DNA from: a virus
IMG/VR virus record: IMGVR_UViG_3300023179_008779
Span: 5,250-69,249 of that record
Strand: one strand, 5' to 3'
DNA: 64,000 nt
Of this stretch, positions 31,322-40,773 are shown piece after piece (the first letter of the stretch is position 1; the number at the start of each line of letters is the position of its first letter). The notes below the pieces were generated by a model, which saw nothing but the letters and a program-made list of their open reading frames with translations, was not told the DNA's origin and searched no databases. The position numbers and the translations under genes are program-made.

Positions 31322-31876
31322 ATGCCACGGTTGATTTTAGGGTTAGATGTTTCTACTTCTTGCACAGGGGTATGCGTCATTGATTCGGATGTGCAACCCG
31401 ACGACAAAGGAAGCCACATCATCTACCTTGATCGTATAGAATTCAAGGGATGCAACACACTTTTTGAGAAGGCCGATCGCATCCGTTCTATCTTACAAGA
31501 AAAGCAATCTTCAGGATGGAAGATTGACTTGCTGGCCTTAGAGGAACCTCTCATGGGATTTCAAAAAGGCATGTCTTCCGCCGCAACTATCACCACCCTC
31601 ATGCGTTTCAACGGCATCACGTCATACATCGGCCGTGACATTTTTAAAGTTGATCCAACTTACATCTCAGCTGCTCATGCTCGCAAGCTCTGCGGTATCA
31701 AGATGCAGCGCACTTCAGTCGCTGGGATGAGCGGCAAGGAGCAGGTCTTCAAGCACATGTCTGAACACGACCTGAAGCACGTGGTGTGGGCTACGAAGAA
31801 GAACGGTTTGCCCATCGATGCTTCTCGAGATATGACTGATGCGTATGTGATTGCAAGAGCGGCATCTTTGATGTGA
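31322..31876 (+). CDS. RuvC-like Holliday junction resolvase
   Basis: ILGLDVSTSCTG, LALEE and DMTDAYVIA RNase H-fold acidic residues. Confidence 0.8.
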   Translation: MPRLILGLDVSTSCTGVCVIDSDVQPDDKGSHIIYLDRIEFKGCNTLFEKADRIRSILQEKQSSGWKIDLLALEEPLMGFQKGMSSAATITTLMRFNGITSYIGRDIFKVDPTYISAAHARKLCGIKMQRTSVAGMSGKEQVFKHMSEHDLKHVVWATKKNGLPIDASRDMTDAYVIARAASLM

Positions 31877-31910
31877 ACCGCATACTTATAATCATCTCAC
31901 AGAGAAGAAA

Positions 31911-32291
31911 ATGAAGATAACAGTAAACCAGCTACGTAGAATCATCAAGGAAGAAGTAAAGAGATCGTTGCTCAGAGAGATGGAAGAAGAGGCAGATGCA
32001 TCCTTCGAAATTCCAGAGATCTCTGTACGTGCTGAAGGCGCAGACATGTCTGTTCATGAGTTCGTTGGCATGGTCAAGGGAATGGCAAAGAAGTACAAGT
32101 CCATCACGTTCGAACCGGCAAATGCCCTCGACAAGGGCGATGGATACTCCGCGGAGTATGATTCCCTCCTCTCCTACGGTAGCAGGTCTGAACTCAAATC
32201 TCTTGCTCGTGACCTCGATGAGGAACTCATGGGTGGTGCACAATCGATCAGTGATGAGGACAGCTTCACCAATTACGTCTATTCTGCCTAG
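31911..32291 (+). CDS. Leader-bearing putative internal head protein
   Basis: Begins MKITVNQLRRIIKEEVKRSLLRE; acidic body; ATACTTA at 31882. Confidence 0.7.
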   Translation: MKITVNQLRRIIKEEVKRSLLREMEEEADASFEIPEISVRAEGADMSVHEFVGMVKGMAKKYKSITFEPANALDKGDGYSAEYDSLLSYGSRSELKSLARDLDEELMGGAQSISDEDSFTNYVYSA

Positions 32292-32297
32292 AGGCAA

Positions 32298-32789
32298 ATG
32301 AGCATGAGAATCACGGTCAATCAGCTTCGCAGAATCATCAAGGAAGAAGTTCGACATGCTACGCTGAGAGAGGCTCTCGCCCCCATTGATTTCAATGTCG
32401 GTGATACCGTCCGCACGAAGAACAATCGTTATGCGGCGCCTCTCTACGGTGTGCGATCGAACGGAAGCCCAGACATGAGGGGAAAGATTGGTGAATTGTC
32501 TCCCACTGACATCGCCACGGTCGTATCCTTCGATCCCGCCGAACCCAATCAGGTGCTTCTCAAGCTTTCAGATGGCTCTGATGCATTCGTGTTGCATTAT
32601 ACACTTTTAGCTCCTGCTACAGGCCCAGCAAGAATTGCTCCTATTGGCAACGAGTACTACGTCACATATTATGACAGGGTAGGCAATTCCCGCAACAAAA
32701 AAATTCTTGCAAAGGATTTAGCAGCGGCTGAGATTGAAGCTCGGCGCCAAGCCAAACGTGGCGAAGAGATCGAAATAAGCGAAATATAA
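32298..32789 (+). CDS. Leader-bearing protein with SH3-like domain
   Basis: MRITVNQLRRIIKEEVRHATLREA, then FNVGDTVRTK...KIGELSP...VLLKLSDGSDAFV. Confidence 0.65.
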   Translation: MSMRITVNQLRRIIKEEVRHATLREALAPIDFNVGDTVRTKNNRYAAPLYGVRSNGSPDMRGKIGELSPTDIATVVSFDPAEPNQVLLKLSDGSDAFVLHYTLLAPATGPARIAPIGNEYYVTYYDRVGNSRNKKILAKDLAAAEIEARRQAKRGEEIEISEI

Positions 32790-32852
32790 TCTTCATGATG
32801 TATGAAGATTGAACAAGTGAACACTTGACTCTTCCCGTGTTACGTTTGGACC

Positions 32853-33836
32853 GTGGCCATACGCTCGGTCTCCGATAGCATAGCGTTTTACGAGTCTGTC
32901 TTTGGAAGGGGGCGCATATCTGCGAACGGCATCAACTTCGATGTTCGTTGCCCAATATGCGCCCCTTCCGATCCGTCAAAGAAGAAGCTGTCGATCAGGA
33001 CCGACACTTCGGCAAATCATTGCTGGGTGTGTGGGTTCAAGTCACGATCGATCGCTCCACTGATCAGAAAGTACGGGACTCAATCACAGCTCTCTGCTTT
33101 CAAGGAGCTGTTCGGATTGAACGATCAAGCGTCCCAGCTCGTCACGGGCGAACGTGAGGACGAAAGAAGGGCAGTCTTGCCACCTGACTTTCAACTGCTC
33201 ACGGTAGCACCAGTCTCAGACCCCGACGTCAAAGCTGCCTGGCGGTACCTCGTGGGGAGAGGTCTCACCGAGAAAGACGCGTGGTACTTCAAGTTCGGTC
33301 TGTCCAACGAACCGAGATGGAAGCGAAGGATTCTCATGCCCTCCTTTGACTCGTCCGGCAACCTCAACTACTTCACTGCTCGTGCAATCGACAAGGACAG
33401 GAAGCCGAAGTACGACAATCCCGACGTCGACAAGAACCCCGTCGTTTTCAACGACATCAATCTTGTCTGGACGAAACAGGTCGTCCTCGTCGAAGGTCCC
33501 TTCGACCTCGTGAAGTGTCCCGAGAACACCACAGCACTCCTCGGATCTGAACTGGACGAGAGGCATGAGATCTTCAACAAGATCTTGATCAACAACACGC
33601 CCGTTGCGTTGGCCCTCGACGGTGACATGTGGGACACCAAGACTCCCAAGATTGCCAAGAAGCTTGCAGAATATGACGTCGATTATGTGGTGGTAGACGT
33701 CAGGGCTTGGGGCGATCCAGGTAGCATGTCGAAGGCTGAGTTCGAGAAGGCCTTGGCGGAGGCATCACGTCCCACTTGGGAAGACGAATTCAGCAGAAAG
33801 CTTAAAAGAGCAGGACAAGTTAGTTTGCGTCTCTAA
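32853..33836 (+). CDS. DNA primase (DnaG/gp61-like)
   Basis: CPIC...HCWVC Zn finger; YFTAR, KYDNP, LVEGPFD and ALDGD TOPRIM motifs. Confidence 0.88.
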   Translation: MAIRSVSDSIAFYESVFGRGRISANGINFDVRCPICAPSDPSKKKLSIRTDTSANHCWVCGFKSRSIAPLIRKYGTQSQLSAFKELFGLNDQASQLVTGEREDERRAVLPPDFQLLTVAPVSDPDVKAAWRYLVGRGLTEKDAWYFKFGLSNEPRWKRRILMPSFDSSGNLNYFTARAIDKDRKPKYDNPDVDKNPVVFNDINLVWTKQVVLVEGPFDLVKCPENTTALLGSELDERHEIFNKILINNTPVALALDGDMWDTKTPKIAKKLAEYDVDYVVVDVRAWGDPGSMSKAEFEKALAEASRPTWEDEFSRKLKRAGQVSLRL

Positions 33837-33856
33837 GATCATGATATTTAGCGATC

Positions 33857-34906
33857 ATGAAGTCACCCCGCGCTAAGAAAAGACCCCAGATCACGGAATC
33901 ACAGCTACGTCGTATTGTTAGGAGTGAGATTGCGTATAGAGCACTTGTCAACGAGGGCTTTCTAGAAAAGCTCAAGGGTGGACTAAAGAAGATCGAAGGC
34001 TCCGTCAAGAAAAAAATTGCTGAGAAATCAAAAGAAGTTCTTACCAAGCTAAAAGACGGAACTGAGAAATTAGAAATTCCCGAAGGTATGAAGGAGTTCT
34101 TAGAGCAGATACCCAAGCAAGAAGGCGGAGAATCTCTTGACAAGATAACTGCTCAAATTTCTGGGTTTAAGGAAGCCAAAGCCAAATTAGAAAAAATGGC
34201 ATCTGTCGATCTATCTGCAGTGATGAGTTCAGGCGGCGGCAAGCCTAAGGCTGAGTCAATAAATCGAAGTGAACTTAACATGTTCTTCATTCTAGAAGAA
34301 GAGCGACTTGCTCAGAAAATATATGAAAATGATCTTCGGTTGGCAAGAATTTATGCTAAATCAGCAAATCTGATTAAGGAAGAGGTCGTTCTTGCTGCTC
34401 TAGCTGCTTGGTTTACTGCAATCAAGACTGTTTTTGCTGTTCTTGGTAGTTTTATTTTGGCATCTAAGTTCATGAAGTGGGTCTCAGGCAAATTGGGATT
34501 TGAAAAAGCTGAAAAGTTTTTTGAGCAATCAACTGAAGTGCTAGAAGAGTGGGAAAAAATGTTTAGAGACAAGGTCGCATTCCCACAACCGCTGCAGTAT
34601 GCAGCATACAGGGCTGCCGCAGCTGCCAAGGGACTACTGGGCAAAAAAGAAGACATACTTTCATACGACGATTTTGAGGGGTCAGACGCTCAGAAGAAGG
34701 TCGGAAAAACTCTACACTTTGCAGTTTTGATAGTCGGGTTTGTTGAAGCTGCTCATGAGCTTGGCGAGCACCTGCACGAGCTCATTGAAGATTTTGCTGA
34801 GGAGACTCTGAAGCATAGTGCGGGAGCTGCTGCGGAATTTGGTAAAGAGGCAATTGAGACAGGTGGCGAAGCAGTCAAGTCTTTAGCAAAGACTGCACAG
34901 GGTTGA
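33857..34906 (+). CDS. Leader-bearing protein with hydrophobic helices
   Basis: PQITESQLRRIVRSEIAYRALVNEG; hydrophobic VVLAALAAWFTAIKTVFAVLGSFILAS; ATATTTA 6 nt before ATG. Confidence 0.65.
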   Translation: MKSPRAKKRPQITESQLRRIVRSEIAYRALVNEGFLEKLKGGLKKIEGSVKKKIAEKSKEVLTKLKDGTEKLEIPEGMKEFLEQIPKQEGGESLDKITAQISGFKEAKAKLEKMASVDLSAVMSSGGGKPKAESINRSELNMFFILEEERLAQKIYENDLRLARIYAKSANLIKEEVVLAALAAWFTAIKTVFAVLGSFILASKFMKWVSGKLGFEKAEKFFEQSTEVLEEWEKMFRDKVAFPQPLQYAAYRAAAAAKGLLGKKEDILSYDDFEGSDAQKKVGKTLHFAVLIVGFVEAAHELGEHLHELIEDFAEETLKHSAGAAAEFGKEAIETGGEAVKSLAKTAQG

Positions 34907-34930
34907 TACAAGCCCACAGCCTAAGATAAT
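34903..34930 (+). promoter_or_regulatory. Possible sigma70-like promoter for the Mre11-Rad50 fusion gene
   Basis: TTGATA-N16-GATAAT, ending 10 nt upstream of ATG 34941. Confidence 0.3.
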
Positions 34931-34940
34931 AATCGTATGG

Positions 34941-37900
34941 ATGCGTATTGCTCACACAGCTGACATTCACATTCGTGCTCTTTCCCGTCATGACGAGTAT
35001 CGAGAGACATTTCAAGACTTTATAGACGATTGTCGATCTCAGCGTGTGGACCACATCTTCGTGGGCGGAGACATCTTCCACACAAAGACTACAGGCATCT
35101 CACCTGAGTACATTGACCTTTTGACCTGGTGGCTCAAGTCGATGGCTGAGGTTGCACCTGTGCATCTGATACTCGGAAATCACGACGGCAATCTTGTGAA
35201 CGCGTCCAGACAAGACGCTGTGTCTCCCATTGTCGATGCATTGGGTGATGACAGGATCAAGCTCTACAAGAAGAGCGGAGCCTACGAGTTGCAGCCCGGA
35301 TACAGCCTCTGTGTCTTTTCAATCTTTGATGAGGACGGGTGGAAAGATGTCAGTCCCGTCGACGGCTCGGTAAACATTGCTGCATATCACGGACCTGTCT
35401 GGGGTAGCCAGACAGAGACTGATTGGCTTGTTGAAGATGGTATGCGGACGGGTTTTTTCGACAAGTACGACTTCACCCTGCTCGGTGATATTCATAAGAG
35501 ACAAGATCTTCTACTGCGCGACGGGCGCCCGGTCATGTGTTACCCAGGTACCCTGATCCAGCAGAATTATGCAGAAGAATTAGTCCACGGGTATCTTATC
35601 TGGGATATTCAGAGTTCTTTAGACTGGAACGTCGAGTTCAGGAAACTAAAGAACAGGAAGCCCTATGTGACTATTGATTGGTCTGGAAGCGTTGATGATA
35701 CATTCACCGCTGCAAAGAGATATCCTAAAGGAAGTAGATTTAGATTCAGATTTCATGAACATGTGACACAAGATGATGTCCACCTTCTGTCAGAGAAAGT
35801 AAAGACTGCACTTCATGCTACTGAAGTGACGTATAAGTCTGATGCCCCTCCTGAGTCACGTGTGTCTCTACTAGACTCTGACAGTGAGGACTTTGCAGAA
35901 GACATTAGGTCACCCGATGCAATTGTCAAGCTTATCAAAGAGCATCACAGTGAAAAAGAGATAAGTGATGAAGACTTACAGATCATCACTTCTCAAGTCA
36001 AGACTTGTCTCTCTGCGGCTTCTACGGGGGAAGAGGTAACAAGGGGTGCAAAGTGGACCCTGAATCACATGAAGTGGGATAACGTGTTTGTCTATGGAGA
36101 AGACAACACCATCGACTTTGATAAGCTCAAGGGTATCGTTGGGATATTTGGGCCCAACCGTATAGGGAAATCTTCGGTCGTTGGTACCATCATGTATTCA
36201 CTATTCAACACGACTGATCGTGGTCCCATGAAGAACTTGCATGTGTGCAACATGAGGAAGCCGTACTGTTCTTCAAAAGTGATAATAACACACAATGGAA
36301 CACCTTACGTGATTGAGAGACAGACGACTAAATCTACCAACCGCCGCGGCGTGACATCGGCTTCAACTGATCTCAATTTATACCGAATTCGAGAAGACGG
36401 AGAATTTGAAGACATGTGCGGCGAGCAGCGCAATGACACAGAAAAAACAATCAGAAATTTGATTGGTAGTGCTGATGACTTTTTACTAACTTCCCTCTCT
36501 GCGCAAGGCGATGCAAATGCATTTATCTCACAGGGGTCATCGAAGCGCCGTCAGGTGCTTACTCGTTTTCTTGACCTAGATGTATTTGATCGTATGCATG
36601 ACGTCGCAAGTAAGGACCTAAACCTTCTAAAGGGTCAATTGCGAAATTTCCCTGAGCGGGATTGGTCGACGCTGGAGAAGGGCAACAAGACTGAGCTTGC
36701 AAGTCTGACTGACCTACTTGACAGAATCAACAGTGTATTTGAAGAAAACCAAAGTCGACTTACAATGTTGCGCTCTGAAATGTCGACGCACAATGCTAAA
36801 CCCGTGACCCAGCACGATGTTGAAGTGCAAGAAGAGAGAGTTTCTACTCTTGAAAAGAAGTCAGAAGACTGTACAGAGTTAATTGCAAACCTCACTGCTG
36901 AGAAGAATGATCTTGAGACGAAGCTCGATGCAATTGAGACTGTGATATCACGATATGATGTCACCGCCTTAAAAAGAAAGCAAGATGCTCAACGCACGCT
37001 TGAGAAAGCAATAGTTGAACTTCGCCATTCTGCTGATCGTGAATTGACTACTCTAACTCAGCAGAAGAAGTCTCTAAAGATATTAGACGAAGTTCCATGC
37101 GGAGACGATTATCCTACGTGCAAGTTCATCAAAGACGCTCATGGTATTAAGCTGAAGCTGTCTCAACAAGAGCAAGCTGTGACTCGGGCACAGGATGCCT
37201 TGAAAGAAGCTGAGACTGCAGCTGTAGCAGCTAAAGATGATACGATTGACGATAAATTGTCAAAGCATGCTAAAGCTTCAGATCTTGCAGCAAAGTTGCG
37301 GTTAGAGATATCACGCAAAGAGACTGAACTTGAGCGCCAGAGATCTACTTGTGATTCATGCGGTTCTTCGCTCGATGAGGCAAAGAAGACGCTTGTTGCA
37401 CTAAAGTCTGCCTTGAACGAGAAGGAGAGCAAGATCGTCTCAAGGATTAGGATCGAGATGGACGAGATATCACGCAAGCTTAAAGCACTAGAAGAGAAGA
37501 AGATCACGGCAATCGACTCTCGTAGTAAGCTCAAAGCAATGATTGACAATCTGCGTGTCGAGAAAGAAAGACGAGACGAGCTGCTTGCAAAAATGAGAGT
37601 CCAAGAGCTTGTCTCTACTGCTTTTTCTAAGAAGGGCATCCCGATGCTTATTACAAAGACTCAGCTGCCAAGGATCAACGCTGAGGTTTCTAAAGTCCTT
37701 CAAGGCATTGTTGACTTCACAATTGAGCTTGAGAATGATGAAGAGTCTGATGCTTTGGAGATTTACATCAATTATGGTGACTCTAAGCGGGTTGTAGAGT
37801 TGTGTAGTGGCATGGAAAAGACGATTGCTTCAATCGCCCTCCGTGCGGCCATGACCAACATCACCACACTTCCAAAACCTGACATCTTCATTATTGATGA

Positions 37901-38078
37901 AGGGTTTGGCACCCTGGACAATGCGGGCGTCGAGTCTTGTAATCGTCTTCTTGCATCGCTGAAGAATCAATTCAAGACTGTTGTAGTGATCACTCATGTC
38001 GATGGGATAAAGGACGCTGCTGATCACATCATTGAAATCACAAGAAATGAGAAAGATTCAAGAGTCGAGATAGCGTGA
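34941..38078 (+). CDS. Fused SbcD/Mre11 (gp47) nuclease and SbcC/Rad50 (gp46) ATPase
   Basis: ADIH, GGDIFH, GNHD and LGDIH phosphoesterase motifs; GPNRIGKS Walker A, coiled coil, CSGME signature, IIDEGFG Walker B, ITH. Confidence 0.92.
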   Translation: MRIAHTADIHIRALSRHDEYRETFQDFIDDCRSQRVDHIFVGGDIFHTKTTGISPEYIDLLTWWLKSMAEVAPVHLILGNHDGNLVNASRQDAVSPIVDALGDDRIKLYKKSGAYELQPGYSLCVFSIFDEDGWKDVSPVDGSVNIAAYHGPVWGSQTETDWLVEDGMRTGFFDKYDFTLLGDIHKRQDLLLRDGRPVMCYPGTLIQQNYAEELVHGYLIWDIQSSLDWNVEFRKLKNRKPYVTIDWSGSVDDTFTAAKRYPKGSRFRFRFHEHVTQDDVHLLSEKVKTALHATEVTYKSDAPPESRVSLLDSDSEDFAEDIRSPDAIVKLIKEHHSEKEISDEDLQIITSQVKTCLSAASTGEEVTRGAKWTLNHMKWDNVFVYGEDNTIDFDKLKGIVGIFGPNRIGKSSVVGTIMYSLFNTTDRGPMKNLHVCNMRKPYCSSKVIITHNGTPYVIERQTTKSTNRRGVTSASTDLNLYRIREDGEFEDMCGEQRNDTEKTIRNLIGSADDFLLTSLSAQGDANAFISQGSSKRRQVLTRFLDLDVFDRMHDVASKDLNLLKGQLRNFPERDWSTLEKGNKTELASLTDLLDRINSVFEENQSRLTMLRSEMSTHNAKPVTQHDVEVQEERVSTLEKKSEDCTELIANLTAEKNDLETKLDAIETVISRYDVTALKRKQDAQRTLEKAIVELRHSADRELTTLTQQKKSLKILDEVPCGDDYPTCKFIKDAHGIKLKLSQQEQAVTRAQDALKEAETAAVAAKDDTIDDKLSKHAKASDLAAKLRLEISRKETELERQRSTCDSCGSSLDEAKKTLVALKSALNEKESKIVSRIRIEMDEISRKLKALEEKKITAIDSRSKLKAMIDNLRVEKERRDELLAKMRVQELVSTAFSKKGIPMLITKTQLPRINAEVSKVLQGIVDFTIELENDEESDALEIYINYGDSKRVVELCSGMEKTIASIALRAAMTNITTLPKPDIFIIDEGFGTLDNAGVESCNRLLASLKNQFKTVVVITHVDGIKDAADHIIEITRNEKDSRVEIA

Positions 38079-38341
38079 TGGACTGGAAACCATACCTTAA
38101 AGATAGATTGATTGCAGAACACCGTGCTGGATTCTATGTAATAAAGCCCAAGTATGAACTTTCACAATCGCAACCCGTCTTCTGTCCCCTGTGTGAAAGA
38201 ATCATGAATTCGCATTATGACAACGAGGCATACGAAAAGTTCTGCGTGTGCGATCTATGTTCTTCAAAGTGGGCCAGACCCGACCCAGCAAGATGGGAAA
38301 GCGGATGGAGACCCGCAAAAGAAGACCTAATTAAATCCTGA
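38075..38341 (+). CDS. Small zinc-finger protein
   Basis: CPLC...CDLC; W-rich tail WESGWRP. Confidence 0.65.
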   Translation: MMDWKPYLKDRLIAEHRAGFYVIKPKYELSQSQPVFCPLCERIMNSHYDNEAYEKFCVCDLCSSKWARPDPARWESGWRPAKEDLIKS

Positions 38342-38374
38342 CGCTTTATATTTATGTAATGCAGGAGTCTCATA

Positions 38375-38758
38375 ATGCCTAAGACGATCAACATCAACGC
38401 CCTTGGCCAAGCCATCGATACGACCTGGGGTCGCTCTTCAACACCACACACGGCTTCATACTCAGTAAAGTTTACACTGTTGGGTGGTGACAGGATGCTG
38501 GCGTCTTACCAAGTGGTCACCAATTTCGTCTCTGAGAAAGAAATGATCCTTATGAAGCGTCAATGTCAGCGGGAGTCTGATGACGTCATCGCAGAGCATG
38601 TTAAGGCTGTCAAAGAAACATACAGGCAGCTTACAGGAGATAGTCTCACCGTCAAAGAAGATAGCTCCACTGATTCTCTAGAGATCATTGGTTTCAATGT
38701 CCACAATCCAAAGAGGACGGCATACTTTCGTAAAAAGACTGTATTTGAGCTTGTATGA
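38375..38758 (+). CDS. Hypothetical protein directly upstream of the terminase
   Basis: AGGAG RBS, ATATTTA at 38348, ATGA overlap with the terminase gene. Confidence 0.65.
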   Translation: MPKTININALGQAIDTTWGRSSTPHTASYSVKFTLLGGDRMLASYQVVTNFVSEKEMILMKRQCQRESDDVIAEHVKAVKETYRQLTGDSLTVKEDSSTDSLEIIGFNVHNPKRTAYFRKKTVFELV

Positions 38759-40389
38759 GTAGCAATCCGCAAGCCTCACCACCCATGTCTCGGCAGGCAA
38801 TTGTCGCCGAGATCTTGAAGTGCGGCAGGAATCCTGTGTACTTCATGAAAAAGTACTGCAAGATCCAGCACCAACTTCGAGGACTAATACCCTTTGAGAC
38901 CTATGACTTCCAGGATGACTGTGTCAACCAGTTTCAAGAGCATCGATTCAACATAGTCCTCAAATCTCGCCAGTTGGGTCTCTCCACTGTCACGGCGGCA
39001 TACTGCGTCTGGTACGCCATCTTCAAGAAGGACAAGAACATCCTCGTCATCGCGACGAAGCTTAACACGGCCATCAACTTCATCAAGAAGGTGAAGACGA
39101 TGCTGGACTCTCTCCCGCAGTGGCTTCTTCTCACTAAGTTCGAACCCACAAAACAGTCAATAAGATTCACCAATGGGTCTACCATCACTGCAGTCCCAAC
39201 TTCACCTGATGCAGGTCGTTCTGAGGCATTAGCACTGTTGATAGTAGATGAGGCAGCTTTTATTAGAGATTTTGATGAGATCTGGACGTCACTATACCCG
39301 ACACTATCAACCGGTGGTTCTGCAATCATCCTTTCAACTCCGAATGGTGTGGGAGGACAATATTACAAATTGTGGATGGAGGCAGAGAGCGGCGCAAACG
39401 ACTTCAATCCAATAAGATTGTCATGGAATGTCCACCCAGAGCATGATCAGGCGTGGTTTGAAAAAGAGACCAAGAACCTGCCAAAGAGGAAGGTTGCCCA
39501 AGAGTTTCTTTGTGACTTTATATCATCAGGTGACACGTTCCTACAACCCGGCGAATTTGAGAAGCTGAGGGGAATGCTTAAGCCACCCATAGAGAAACGC
39601 GGCCACCAAAATGGTGTGTGGGTGTGGTCTAAGCCTGAAGTTGGTAGAAAGTATGTTTTGTCAGCCGACGTCGCCCGCGGCGATGCTGCAGATTTCTCAA
39701 CTTTTCACATCATCGACTATGATACATGTGAAGTTGCAGTCGAGTTTATGGGCAAGATACCTCCCGATAAATTTGCTGATATACTCAGTGAATATGGCAA
39801 AGAGTATAATGACGCCCTAATATGTCCTGAACAGAATACGTTCGGATATTTTGCTTGTGTGAAGCTTCGAGATATGGGATATCCAAGGCTATATTACCAA
39901 AATCACACAGGTGATGCTTATGAATATCACTCTATCAATCCCGACGCAATCCCTGGTTTTTCTACACAGACAAAGACCCGTACTCAAATTCTTGCCAAGC
40001 TTGAAGAGCTTGTAAGAAATGGGAAATTGCGCACCTATTCACAACGACTTTTTGATCAGCTTCAAGCGTTTGTTTGGAACGGATCAAAAGCCATGGCTTC
40101 TAAAGATGCTCACGACGATCTTATCATGAGCTTAGCGATCGGTACGTGGATCGTTGCGGGTGATAGTTCATACAATGAAGCAGGTATGAATATGGCGTAT
40201 GCAATCCTCAAGGCAACGCAGCGTGACAATAGAGGCGTCGAGACTCTACCCGGTGGCATCAACGATGTACGACCCGTACCAAATCCGCACATGCAAGGGA
40301 TGACTCCCCAGAGTGTTTCAAGACCTCGACCGTCTGACCAGGCTGGTCATTACGGAAACATGACAGATTATTCTTGGCTCTTAAAGTGA
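38755..40389 (+). CDS. Terminase large subunit (T4 gp17-like)
   Basis: KSRQLGLS Walker A, LIVDEAAF Walker B, STPNG, ADVARG...DFS, HDDLIMSLA nuclease motifs. Confidence 0.95.
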   Translation: MSSNPQASPPMSRQAIVAEILKCGRNPVYFMKKYCKIQHQLRGLIPFETYDFQDDCVNQFQEHRFNIVLKSRQLGLSTVTAAYCVWYAIFKKDKNILVIATKLNTAINFIKKVKTMLDSLPQWLLLTKFEPTKQSIRFTNGSTITAVPTSPDAGRSEALALLIVDEAAFIRDFDEIWTSLYPTLSTGGSAIILSTPNGVGGQYYKLWMEAESGANDFNPIRLSWNVHPEHDQAWFEKETKNLPKRKVAQEFLCDFISSGDTFLQPGEFEKLRGMLKPPIEKRGHQNGVWVWSKPEVGRKYVLSADVARGDAADFSTFHIIDYDTCEVAVEFMGKIPPDKFADILSEYGKEYNDALICPEQNTFGYFACVKLRDMGYPRLYYQNHTGDAYEYHSINPDAIPGFSTQTKTRTQILAKLEELVRNGKLRTYSQRLFDQLQAFVWNGSKAMASKDAHDDLIMSLAIGTWIVAGDSSYNEAGMNMAYAILKATQRDNRGVETLPGGINDVRPVPNPHMQGMTPQSVSRPRPSDQAGHYGNMTDYSWLLK

Positions 40390-40426
40390 GCTGCATACAT
40401 ATACTTAGAACGTTATAGAGGAAGAC

Positions 40427-40729
40427 ATGCCACAGATCACACTAAAGAGACTTCAACAGATAATTCGCGAAGAGCTCAGCCTCAACGAAGGAGCAGATCA
40501 TGATTCTGCTGCTAAAGTGATGAGCAGCGCAACGAAGCTTCTCAAGGCAGTCGAGTCGTTCAAATCTGCTTCATCTGAGAAAGCTCGCTCTGAGATGGGC
40601 ACTCATCTGGATGAAATTGAAAAGATTCTTAACAGGGTTGTTGGATCACCCATGCAATATGTTGATGCAACGGAACCCGCAATGAAGAAGGTTACTTTAA
40701 AACCTGCCAAGGACGAAACAACGATGTAA
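40427..40729 (+). CDS. Leader-bearing small protein between terminase and portal
   Basis: MPQITLKRLQQIIREELSLNEG; ATACTTA at 40401; GAGG RBS. Confidence 0.7.
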   Translation: MPQITLKRLQQIIREELSLNEGADHDSAAKVMSSATKLLKAVESFKSASSEKARSEMGTHLDEIEKILNRVVGSPMQYVDATEPAMKKVTLKPAKDETTM

Positions 40730-40773
40730 AGTAAGCACCCAAGGGCTGCACCACCAATTGGGCAGCATACAAC

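Noticed and set aside
30879-31876. TnsA-like plus RuvC-like genes as a transposon or Cas12/TnpB system
   Set aside because: Sizes and motifs fit a gp4-like head completion nuclease and a Holliday junction resolvase; there is no transposase, terminal repeats or array.
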